Assembly: GCA_020891255.1 (NCBI GenBank)
Contig: BQFW01000013.1
Coordinates: 1,612,001 to 1,676,000, forward strand
Reading direction: 5' to 3'
Origin: Entomortierella parvispora E1425
Lineage: Eukaryota > Fungi > Mortierellomycota
DNA: 64,000 nt
Under the pieces are notes generated by a model, which saw nothing but the letters and a program-made list of their open reading frames with translations, was not told the DNA's origin and did no database searches. Positions 13,216 to 24,991 of this stretch are shown here, one piece after another; the stretch's first letter is position 1; each line of letters begins with the position of its first letter. A program made the translations under genes and the position numbers.

Positions 13216-13368
13216 CTAAGTGTCGCCGTGCTGGCCTCTGTCAGTATCGATCAATGTGGAATAAGACGGATCATGTATTGGTAATAATAAATAATGAGAG
13301 GGCTAGCTCTACCTAAGTGTCGCCGTGCTGGCCTCTGTCAGTATCGATCAATGTGGAATAAGACGGAT
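13216..13368. repeat. Perfect 56-bp direct repeat, two copies (13216-13271, 13313-13368), 41-bp spacer
   Basis: ctaagtgtcgccgtgctggcctctgtcagtatcgatcaatgtggaataagacggat occurs twice; possible degenerate third copy near 13413-13447. Confidence 0.95.
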
Positions 13369-14147
13369 AAAGAGCAGAGGGCCAAACCGTGCGAGCAACT
13401 ACATATAGTGGTTCTACTTAAGGGTGTATCGTACCGTCCTGGCCATCAACAGAACCTGCCGCAGTCTGGCTTGTCTGCATGGGCTTTTTCTTTTTTTTTT
13501 TTTTTTTTTTTTTTGGTGCCAAAAATTGTTTGCAGTGGCGCGAGGTATCCCCGGTCCAAAGGGTTCATTCTTGACTGCGACGCCTTCAGATTTTCGCGAC
13601 AGAGTCTCCTGTTGGCACTGACACCAGAGCACTCCGGGTCCAGCCTACTAAGGCTGCAGAGGAAGAATGGCGCAGCTGATACCCAGTCGTGCCGCTGGGC
13701 TGGAGCATGATTCCAGACCAAAGTCTTCTTCATTACCGCAGTGCGAGGATGATGATCTCCTGCATAGCACTGGACTAAAAGAAGACAACGGGTTTCTCCT
13801 TGGCGAAGGTCTTTGCCACCATGTCTGGGGCAATCCATCGCGGTGTTGTGGCGTAGTAAAGAGATCGAACACAGAATCGACACGTCCTTCCTCCCAAACG
13901 GATAAGAACAGTTCGCCCTCGCACCCACCCCTTCTTCCTTGCCACTTTTATTTCCATTCTCTCTCTCTCTCTCTCTCTCTCTTTCCATCCTCGCTTTGCC
14001 ATCCTTTCTTTTCTTACGCCCTCTCTGTCTTTCCTCCTCTCTTTTCTCTTCTTTTGTTGTTCTCCTGTCATCTCTTTTTCTTACCTCTCCCTCACTCATC
14101 ATTCAACCGACACACACACTTTCCCACACTATCATATTATAGACAAA

Positions 14148-17100
14148 ATGCCTCAACTACCGCCTCCCTGTATACGATCTATCGTCTTTCATCTCCGGGA
14201 AGACATCCATACCCTTGCCAACCTCCTGACAGTCAACAGCACATTCTTCCATATCACCCTGCCAGTCCTATACCACGATCCCTACCGGTTACTCGAGCGG
14301 CAAATCATCAAGGACGCTCACCGTCAAAACCCTTGCAGCTATCCCTCTGCCTTTGAATCCTCACTCGCCGCCAAGAGACTTTTATACCTCTTGCTCCTCT
14401 CCTGTCGACAGGCCGATGATCTGGCCCCTTTCTTGTCCCTGGACTGGCCAAACCCACTGATTCTCTCCGAGGGCCAAAAGCTGACGGTCCCCTATATCGA
14501 TTTCTTGGGCGATCTGGACTTTGACCGATGGACGGCCACGCTGAAGCACCTCATCCCTGAGATCGACACGCTCATGGAACAACGGGCCTATCGACTCTTC
14601 CGAATCTTGTTCTTGGACCACCACAAGGAAAGAGTGGAGCAGTTGACGATCCCCATTACACACTTGGAGCCTTATCAAAAATGGGTGGGTAGCTTTAAAA
14701 ATCTGAAAAGGGTCAAGTTTTATGAGGACACACTCGATGAGGAAGAGGAAGCAGCGGCGGCAGCACAGGTAGAAGAGCCGGTCGCAGTGGAAGTCGAGAC
14801 GGTGGCGGTAGAGGGCGAAGAGTCTGCAGGACAGGTTCAGCCACACGAGGACCCTGATCGGCCACCCGAGGACAACAGCATCAGTAGTAACGACTCTAGC
14901 AATCACAATGGAACAACAGGAACAGTAGCGGATGCATTTGACATGACTTCAGGACCAACAGCAGAGGAGCTGGAACTGCTTGCCGCAGTCGCTGCAATCG
15001 AGGCAGCCGTGAATGCAGCCAATGCAGCTGCAGAATTGGCCGCTGCAGCACAAGCAGAGGAATTGCTGGCGGCTGCTGCTACTGCTCTTGAAGAGGATCC
15101 CGAGACTGAGGACCCCGAGGCCGATATTGTGTTGCCTGATTTTGTTGCTCAGTTTCTGAATCCCACCATTCAAACTGTTGAAGACGATGTCGATGAAGAC
15201 GATATGGAATGGGTTTTCGTCGAGCACTCTCTTTTTACAGAACCTGACTACACAGAGCGGCCGCCTTCCCCAAAAGACATTCGACCATCAGTCGCCGTCG
15301 TACTTCACTCCAAGGAATGGCAGCCAGTCGAAGAAGTGGATCGTGAGACTGTCAACACAAACGCGTTTACCTTTATGGCATTTCATGGAATCGACATTGA
15401 CGACGTGAACAGCCAGAACAGGTTTTTCTCCATCTTCCAAAACGTTCAATCCTTCGCAGAGTTGCCCTTCTCACCCGAGGAAGAGGAAGTGGAGGAGGAG
15501 CCTGAAGAGGAGGAAGAGTTGGATCCTCTTTATGGCTTTTCTGAACTTGCATTTGGTGACGACACTAGGTTCGAGTTGGAGATTGAGTACCAGCGCGATC
15601 TGTTTGCTGACTTGGCCTTCGGTTTTGACTACGAGGATGGACTTGACGGGGTCGCCGATGACATGGAACAGATCGAGGAGCCCGAGGTGGATGAAGAGGA
15701 GATCGCCGAACAGATCTTTCTTGGATTTTCAGAGCTGGCATTCTGGGACGACACTTTGGAAGACCTTCTGTCGAAGGATAACTTGGATCTTTTCGCTGCC
15801 ATGGCCTTCCCCATCTCTGAGGAAGAAGAGCGGGAACGTCTTGAGCAGGAGGCACAGGAAAGGTTTGAATTCTTTGCAGAGATGGCACTGTGGGGCGAAA
15901 TCCGCGAGGAGTTGGAGATCCTAGTGACCCTTGACATGTTCTTGCTGATGCCTTTTGGTGAGGACAACTCTGAGGAAGAGGTCGCCCCTGTCGAAGCTGT
16001 TGCTCCACCCCAGCAAGATGCCGGTCCCGCTCAAGAGCCTCCTCAGCAGGATGCACCGGCTGAAGTTGCCCCACAGGAAGAGGAGCCAGCACAGGAGCCT
16101 GCCGCGCCTGCCCGTCCTCCCTTGGATACATCTATCAAGGGCGCTGCTTTCCTGAAGGCCCATCGCAAGCACTTTCCTCAGCCGCCAGCCAAGATTTCTG
16201 TTTTCAGTCCTGCCCCCAAGCCATGGCTTCAAGAGATCATCCCTCCCTCCCACTGGACCCACTCCAACTGGTCTGGCAAGGCCACGCACGACCAAAAGTA
16301 CACACGACTCTTGGACGCCATCACTTGCCCGGACATTATCGAGTTTGAGGAGTGGGAGCACTATACGACTTATATCGATCGTCTTCCCCTCTCCCGCGTC
16401 AAGCGTCTTCGTCGCTTCTGCACTGATTGGAGAGAACAGCCCGATGTGAACATGGCTCGATTCCTTAAGCAATGCCGCAGTCTCGAACGGTTCAGTTCTC
16501 AGTTTGAAGACGACAAGATCTTCCAATGGGCAATCGAGGAAAAGAGGGATCGACTCAACAGGATGGAACAGATTCGACAGGGCATCGCACGCAAGCCTTT
16601 TGAGGATGAACCTTGCCTGGAGCTGGTTCCTTTGAAGAAGGTTGTTCTCCGACAAGGTAGAGAGGAGCACTTGGTGCCTGTGTTGAAGGATATCTGCGAG
16701 GGATTTGATGCCAGTCTGGAATGGATCGAGGCGCGCATCTACTCTGATCTCCACAAGACAATCTTTAACATGTTCACAGCCATGCCTAGGTTGACCGTCT
16801 TGTACCTTCACCACACTCGGCACGAGCGGTTTACAAATGGAGCCGCATTCTTGAAGGACTGTCCTTCTCTGGAGGTCTTGAGGCTTATCGATGGCGACTA
16901 TGTGGATTACGAAGTCAACAGAAAGCCCATGCCCTTGGGCGAAGGTATTCTGGAGGCTTGGGACCTGCCTTTGCTCACGGATCTGGAACTCGTGGGATCT
17001 ATGGCAACCATGTTCAACTATGCGACTTTGGCCAACTCTCCAAAGCTGAAGACCTTGATTCTCGAGTGTGATATTGAAGAGATTGGTGTCCGATCCGTGG

Positions 17101-18248
17101 ATGAGCACTTTCATGAATATCTTGCTCAATGGTCCTGGTAAGTTTTTTTTTTTTTGTCTTTTTTTCAAGTCTTTCCGACTATGAGCTGTGACTACCAGAG
17201 TGCCTTTTCTGACTTGCGCCTTTTCATTTTGTTTTCTGTCTTCAAAAGGAACTGGCCCATGCCAGCTCTCGAGCATTGTTGTGTGCGCGGCATGCACGGT
17301 CATATCTTTCGCTTTTCTTGGGCCGATTATTGCCCAAGACTAAAGAACTTGACTGTGGATCTGAGGAGGACTGTTCGTCGGGCTGTCACCTTTGCACGCG
17401 ACATCTCCTCAGATCCCTCTTCAGTCCCTGCATTCCGAGCTTCTCTCCAAGAGCTCAATCTCTTGGGTCGCTGGGACTTTACGGAATCGCCTTCGATCTT
17501 GACGGCCTTCCTTCAGCTGCCCTCTTTGGCATCGATGCTGTATCTTTATATGGACTTTACCGACTTTTACTCACCAGAGTCCACCGTTCAAGGCCTTCGT
17601 TCGGCAAAGTCTTTGCGCAAGGCCCAACTGACGCGTAACTGGATCTCCAAGTACGACGCTTGGAAGCTCGGGTTGGAGTTGGAGACGTTCAAGAGCGATC
17701 GCGAATGGGATCGATCTTACCGCGCTCGGGCCATGGCCGACAATGTGATCCGTACCCGAAAAGAGGCCGAGTTGGAGCGTTTGCGACAGGAGGCTTGGGA
17801 GCGCGAATGTGCAGAGGCCGAGAAGGGTGTTCAGGACCTGTTTGAACTCATGGAGGATGCTCTGACCAACTTGGACGACATGGAGACTGAGGACGAGGCT
17901 GCGAACGAGTCTGTGGCCGCCAAGATGGAGGAGGACTTGGAAAAGGATCGGAGCCGTTGTGTGAGCGTGGATAGTGCTTGCGAACTGGGTGAGGACACGA
18001 CCGATTCTGTCATCTCGTCTTCGTCCTCGACTTTGACCTCTTCTTCCTCGTCCTCCTCGTCCTCCTCGTCATCCTCTTCCCCCACCCTCTCTTCATCCTC
18101 GTCTATGATCATGGAGGGAGCCGAGATCGAGTCAGCAGCAGACAAGGAGACGTCGGAGGCAGAGAAGGAGTGGATCCAGAAAGAGTGCGAGCGATGTGTT
18201 TACGTCTTCCGTGGCATCCGATACCGCAACAACAAGAGTTGCTTGTAA
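14148..18248 (+). CDS. F-box-like/LRR-like protein with a long acidic insertion, 2 exons (~1,329 aa)
   Basis: N-terminus LPPPCIRSIVFHL...LLTVNSTFFHITLPVLYHDPY (F-box-like); Leu-rich repeats such as CPSLEVLRL, LPLLTDLEL, SPKLKTLIL; intron 17138-17248 joins in phase 2. Confidence 0.7.
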
Positions 18249-19310
18249 ATTGTTTAGAATAAAATATAAAATATCTTAGATTAAATTTTTATTCAAGGCT
18301 GGGAATCTCGACTAGTCTCTTCATTTCCTTAGCTCGACGAGCCAAAAAGGCATGGATCTGGTTCGGTATCTCCATTTGACTCGACGTGCCAAAGAGGCGA
18401 TTTGTTCGATATCTCCGTACAGTGCAAAGCCTCGAATGACTGGCTGCATGCTTCTACGCTTGCACCGTTTCATAGCTGGAAGGGCAATGGCCATCCATGT
18501 CTGGGATAGCCCGGGGCTCGTAGGGTAACTTTTAGGACAAGCAGAATCGACATGCTCTCCAAATGATTGATCACAGACGGAGAATCCAAGGTATGGGGGT
18601 ATGTCGAGTTTGGTACTTCCAACGGACGGTCCTGCTAATATGTTTTATCCGGCTGGTATAATACATGGGCAACGCGTAACTGTTTTCGAGTCTCTGGACC
18701 CTGTTAAGCATCTATCAGGGCTATAGTGCATTGTGCCTAAAGCTCATTCTAGAGTGGACAAGCATTCGTTAGAGGTATGTAGAATAATTGAGCAGATACT
18801 ACGGAGATTATCAATACCTTTGAGATTATTCAATGCAAGCACAGGCGCTGCATAGAAGCGATTACCAGCGAAGAGAATCACCTTTGGATTCTCTTTGGAA
18901 ACAGCTTTTTCTGTTTTCCAGCGAGCATCAAGTTACGCCACAGAGGAAGAAGGGCCAATCTTGACCTGGAAGAAAGTGCGTGCGTCAAGGAAGAAGGGAT
19001 TGAGAGAAAGAGAGAGAGAAAAGCAATATGGGGCGGGTTCAATTTTTTTTTTTTTTAAAATAATGAAAAAACGCCCTAGCCCAGCACTGGGTTTGCATGG
19101 CGCAGACTTGCCATTGTCGGGACGATGCATCACCACCATTCTCTCTTCATGCCCCAACTTGTCACTCTCTCATAAATCTCCATCTCGGGCAAGTTCATTC
19201 ATCTCGGTAACATTGGCTGCATTGCCGTTGGGTCATTCTTGTCTGACCGCACATCCCCTTACTGACCCCTGCACTCAGATTTTTTTCATACCGTCCAAGG
19301 GCAGGAACCC

Positions 19311-22300
19311 ATGTTCGACCACAGTCTGAAGCACGCGCTCCCGGCTGCCAAAACTCTCCAAGTTGTTCAAACGCTTCTCAGGAATGCTCGAGAATCCAAA
19401 GATGGTGCCATCCAGATGGTTTTTTGCGAGTACGCAGACACGCTCCTCGGGCCCATGAAGAAGACGATTAAACCGACTCCCGACAATAACAGCAGCACCA
19501 CAGACAGCGAAGGACAAGCCATCAGAGTAGCGATTGCACAGGCCTACTTGGACCACGCCAACATAGTTGCGGATCTTGGTTACACGGATTTGGCGCAGAA
19601 GAGTCGCAAACGAGCAGACAAGTGGGGGTAAGGCTGTTCTTTTGTTGGATTACTCAAAGTGTGGACAAACAGACAAACAGTTTTCTGATCATTGCAACGA
19701 TACGCCACAGTGGTCCCCTTGCTCCTTTAGTCAAAAAGAATCGCCGAGTGCTCCAACCAGCCATAGTTGACGACGGCATATTCGTGGAGGATGTCCTTCC
19801 TCCTTCTCTACCATGGACGTTTCCGGAGGCAGATGGTCGCGTTGCAGACACTCCACAACTGGTATCCTGCCTCAGTCTCCTGCAACATTCTGAGGAATCT
19901 CTCGATGAAACTCTCGGATCTGAGGCCTTACAGTGGCTAAAGCGGACACGGGAAAGCGCCGACGAGAGGACGCGACTGGAAACATTGGTCACAGATTTGA
20001 TACGGATTTTTACGCGAGACGAGATAAAGGACAATATGGCCGTCACCGAGGTCCTCTGCCTCATACCAGTTCTGGGGGAGGATGACTTTCGGTTTTTGCT
20101 CCGCCTATTCCTCAACAACGTCAATGAATCGCCCATCCTTGACCTTGGAGCACTCAGGGGATTGGCACAGTTACTGAAAGATGCTAGTCCGGGTCATCTC
20201 AAAGCACAGGATCTCATTGAGATCCTCGGGCCAGTCAGCAGTCGCCTGCAAGAGACTCATTCTCAGTCAGCAGATCAGATCTTTGAACTCACGGTCGCTG
20301 TTTGCGCCATCCTCGACGCCATGGCCGACACCAAAGTCAGCGGATTGAAACGTGTGGAGATGCATGAGCCTTTGTTGGCTTTCTTGGGCGGGCTTCAGGG
20401 CAGCAGTGATCCACATCTGAAGTACTACGCGTCGTATGCCTTTCAGGCGCTTTTGTGCATTCCTGACGACGAATCACCTTGGCAGGCGACTGTCCGACGG
20501 ACAACCAAAGTGGTCAAAGGCATTTCAGGTCTTGTCAGTGCCGTCAAGGGTTTGGACTTGAACGGGTTTTTGTCAGGACTTCAGGATATCCAGGAAGGAT
20601 TTGATGGAATCCAGCAAGTATTCGAGTTGGCGCTCGGTGCTTACGAAGGCGTTAGTGCGATTTATGAAGGCGAGCAGGACTTGATGGTCAGCCTGAAAGA
20701 AGGGCTGACCTTCGATCGTAAACGAGCTTGGTACTCTGCTTTACGCGGCGTGGACACACTGATCGAGGGAGGAGAATTGGCGAAATTCAGAGTCCTTGTT
20801 TGCGAGGCTCCATGTCGCATGGACATTGCCTTCCAGTGGGGAGTTTGCCAGCGACTTGGAAACCTCGCCAATGATCCGCTGTGGAGCCCTGTGACGCGAC
20901 GAGAGGCGATTCAGTTCTTGAGTGAAATTTACCGCGGCGACAGCGACTGGGGACGGTCCCCTCAGGTCAAGGGGTATATTCTGCGTCTTCTTAAACAGCT
21001 GTCAATGGCTTCTGAAAGCCAACATGGTAATGATATCATGAGCAAGGGGACAGGCGAGAGTTTTCTCAGTTATTAATTGGCATTATTTTACAGATGCCGG
21101 TATTCTTCTAGAGGCGCTTTCAACAGATGGAGATGCCGCTAAACAGGACATCTATCGATCCTGTGCCTCCAAGGGATCAAATTCACACTTGTTGCGGCCT
21201 AGTCTTCCAGAAATCGCTTCACCGTCTCTGCTTGACCGCGCTCAAAAAAAGACGGATGTCGAGGCTGACCTGCGTCGCTTGGCCCGTCTTCGAATCAAGG
21301 AGCGTGGCGGAGCAATTTATGTTCCGCCCATGGCCAAAGCCAATATTTTCGCTCCCAATGAGAAATTCTTCCCCTTGATTCCAAAGGTCGACAGGTTCTT
21401 GGCAGGAGCAGACAAGGTTCTGCTGCTGATGGGAGATTCTGGCGCAGGAAAGACGACATTTAACCGGGAACTGGATTTGAAACTTTGGAAAGAATACAAA
21501 CCCAAGACGGGCCGAATTCCGCTACTCATCAGCTTACCTGCCATCGATCGACCCGATAAGGATTTGATCGCCAAACACCTTCGTCTGTGCGAGTTTTCCG
21601 AGTCACAGATCCGGGAACTGAAGGATCGTGAGTTTATCCTGATTTGCGACGGATATGATGAGAGCCAGCAGACTCAGAATCTTTACGAGTCCAACGGTTT
21701 GAACAGAGACGGTGGCTGGAAGGCCCAAATGGTTATTAGTTGTCGTAGCGATCGTCTTGGTCTGGACTACCGCGACTTGTTCCAACCCGCGCGTTCAAGC
21801 CCAGCGGACCCTGATTTCTTTCAGCAGGCAGCTCTGGTGCCGTTCTCGACGCCACAAGTCAAGGAGTACATTGCGCAATATGTTTCCATAAAGCGACCTT
21901 TGTGGGAGGCGTCTGATTATGAGGGAATCCTTGGTCAGATTCCAAGTTTACAAGAGCTGGTCAAGAATCCCTTCCTGTTAACACTCTCGCTGGAGGTACT
22001 GCCTCGTCTCACGGACCCAGGACAGAAGGTTGCCGCAAACAAAATCACTCGCGTCCAGCTATACGACGAGTTCGTGGCCCAATGGCTGGAGCAAAACAAA
22101 AAGCGGATAGGGGCCCAGGACCTGAGTGATAAGGAAAAGGAGGCTTTCGAGAGTTTGTCCGATGACGGATTTACTCAGCAAGGCCTAGTTTTTCTCAGAG
22201 ATCTTTCCGAGGCGATCTTTAGGGAACAAGACGGTATTCCCTTGGTCGAATACTCTAGGGCTCGCGATCTGCAGACCTGGAAGGAGCAGTTTTTTGGTCG

Positions 22301-24953
22301 GAAGGATAACGAGATTCGACTCTTACGAATGGCTCTACCCATGACAAGGAACGGCGGTCGTTATGGTTTTATCCATCGGTCCATTCTCGAATACGGAGTC
22401 AGTCGCGCCATCTACGAACCACAGAAGCAATCAGGACTCAAACTACAGTCTGTAGAAAGAGATGCGGACAAAAGACAGAGACGACAAAGCACCAGTTCCA
22501 CCTTTAGTTTCGAATGGGATGCCATGGCCTTTGAGGGGGACAAGGGCATGGATCAGGAGAGGGAAGCAGAGGCGATTGAACAGCCGCTTTTGAACTCTCT
22601 TTTGGCCAAGAAGGATTTTGCTGGAGAATCATCTGTCTTGCAATTTCTGGCAGAGCGCGTGCAGCAGGAATCCCTGTTCAAGGAACAGCTGTTGGCTATT
22701 CTCCAGCGCTCAAAAATCGACAAGAATGTTCGCAGAGCAGCCGCAAACGCGATCACCATCTTGGTTCGAGCTGGCGTTCAGTTCAACGGCGCAGATTTGC
22801 AGGGGATCCAAATTCCAGGCGCTGACCTCAGTAACGGTGTGTTTGATGGCACATTGCTTCAAAACGCAGATCTGAGAAAGGTCAAGCTTCGGAATTGCTG
22901 GCTGCGTGGGGCAAACTTGAGTGGTGCACGAATGGCAGGAGTCAAGTTTGGGGCGTGGCCCTACCTTCAAGAAGAGTATGCGGTGCGCGCCTGCTCTTAT
23001 TCCCCGCATGGAAACACTTGCGCCATTGCCGTCGGCAATGTGATCCAGATATATGATACCTCGAACTGGACGAGCATTATTGCCTTGCACGGACACACCG
23101 ATGTCGTGAGTTGGGTCGTATATTCTCCAAACGGCCTGCAGATCGCTTCGTGCAGTGATGACAAGACAGTGCGGCTGTGGGATGCGAACAGCGGAGACAT
23201 TGTGCTCGCCTTTGAGGGGCATTCTGATGCCGTTAATGGCGTAGCATTTTCGCCAAATGGAACGCAGATTTCTTCCGGTGGTGATGATAACACAGTTCGC
23301 CTGTGGGACCTCCAAGAAAAGGTGGTTGGACATATCTTGGAGGGCCACTCTGATGGGGTCAATGCTGTAGCGTATTCACCAGACGGTCTGCTGGTTGCTT
23401 CAGGAAGCAGCGATAATACAATTCGCCTCTGGAACTCAATCGACGGATCAGTCCAGCGTATCTTGGAGGGGCACACCGGTCGGGTGATGACTGTAGGCTT
23501 TTCACCGAATGGCGAACAGATTGCATCCGGTAGCTCCGATAACACCATGCGTCTCTGGGGAGCAAAATCGGGCAAACCAGGACATGTTCTTCAGGAACAT
23601 AGCTCTTATGTCTCGAGCGTGACGTTTTCGCCCAATGGCGAGCAGATCGCCTCGGGTAGCTGGGACAACACAATATGTATATGGGACTCACACAGCGGTG
23701 CCATTGGGCAAACGTTTCAAGGTCATGGCAGGGAGATTTATTGCGTGGTCTTTGCCCCGGGCGGCGCTCAAATTGTCTCGGGAAGTGGCGACAAGACCTT
23801 GCGGTTGTGGAGTGTGCAGGAAGTCGAAGCTTCCGTGAGCATTCTGCAAGGACACACCGACACTATTTCCGGAGTGGCATGCTCGTCCAGCGACGGCCAG
23901 ATCGTATCTGGCGGCGATGACAAGACAGTCCGAGTCTGGGATGTTCAAAGTGTCGGGAGTCCTGGACGCGTTTTCAAAGGACATGCCTCTTCCATAATGA
24001 GCGTTGCTTTTTCGCCCAATTATTTCCAAGTCGCCTCCGGCGGCTATGATAATACGATCCGACTTTGGGATATAAAAACTGGGGCCCCAGGACATATCTT
24101 GCAGGGACATACTGGCTGGATCAAGAGTGTCGCTTATTCGCCGGACGGCTCACAGCTTGCATCGGCCAGCTCTGACAAAACTGTGCGTCTGTGGGATGTT
24201 GGCAGTGGAGCTCCTGGAAGGGTCTTGCAGGGACATACCAACTTTATCTGGAGTGTAGCATTCTCCCCATGTGGATCTCGGCTTGCTTCTGGAAGTTGGG
24301 ACAACACTGTTGGATTGTGGGACGTCAGGAGTGGAAAACTCGAGCGCGTGTTTGAAGGTCACAGCGAAGCAATTTATTGCGTGGCATACTCACCGAGCGG
24401 TACTCAGATTGCATCAGGGGGTAGGGATAAAACGATACGGCTGTGGAATACTGAGACTGGCGTCCTTGAGCAAACGTTGGAGGGCAGCATGGACGCCGTC
24501 AACAGTCTAGCCTATTCACAGAATGGGCTTCAGATCGCATCGGGTGGTGATGACCAAAGACTTTGTATCTGGGATTCTGTGTCCGGCCAATGTCTTGTGG
24601 CTGTCGCTGGGTTTGACGAAAGCATTTTAAGTGTCGATTGGCGGACGGTCCTCGGCAAGTCATATCTGGTCACTGGAGGCATCGACAAATTGGTCCGGCA
24701 ATGGCTTGTCGTGGATACCGAGGATGGGGTCGACCTACGTCTCTGCTGGATATCGCCTCATGGAGAGCTAAAGACGAAGGATTGCATACTTGATAGCGTA
24801 CAGGACTTGGGCAGGATTAACATTGCCCTTATGAAGCAGGGAGGAGCTGTGGGTGAGCCCGTAGAAGCGCTGACCTTCCAGCAAGCGAGCAGACATCTCG
24901 TCGCCGTGTCGGGCGCTGCGTCCAAGTTCAAACAACTTTTGAAAATGAAATGA
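19311..24953 (+). CDS. Fungal NLR-like STAND protein: helical N-terminal domain - NACHT - pentapeptide repeats - WD40 repeats, 3 exons (~1,830 aa)
   Basis: Introns 19628-19710 and 21027-21093 join three ORFs in frame; Walker A GDSGAGKTT, Walker B ILICDGYDE; ADLQGIQIPGADLSNG...ANLSGA pentapeptide run; about 14 GH...W[DN] WD repeats. Confidence 0.92.
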
Positions 24954-24991
24954 AATAAAAATCATCACGTGAATATGCACGTGACCAGGGA

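Noticed and set aside
13216-13368. Calling the 56-bp repeats a CRISPR array
   Set aside because: Only two exact copies, longer than typical CRISPR repeats, eukaryotic context, no cas genes; kept as an unexplained repeat
6900-13500. TIRs or TSD bounding the giant Fanzor
   Set aside because: Compared both flanks by eye and found no convincing inverted or direct terminal match
18300-18890. Intron-like signals (GTATGG, GTATGT, CTAAT) between the F-box gene and the NLR
   Set aside because: No coherent reading frame could be assembled
24966-24983. Paired CACGTG boxes, with others near the giant Fanzor ATG and in the DIRS ITR
   Set aside because: Common 6-mer; no evidence of shared regulation
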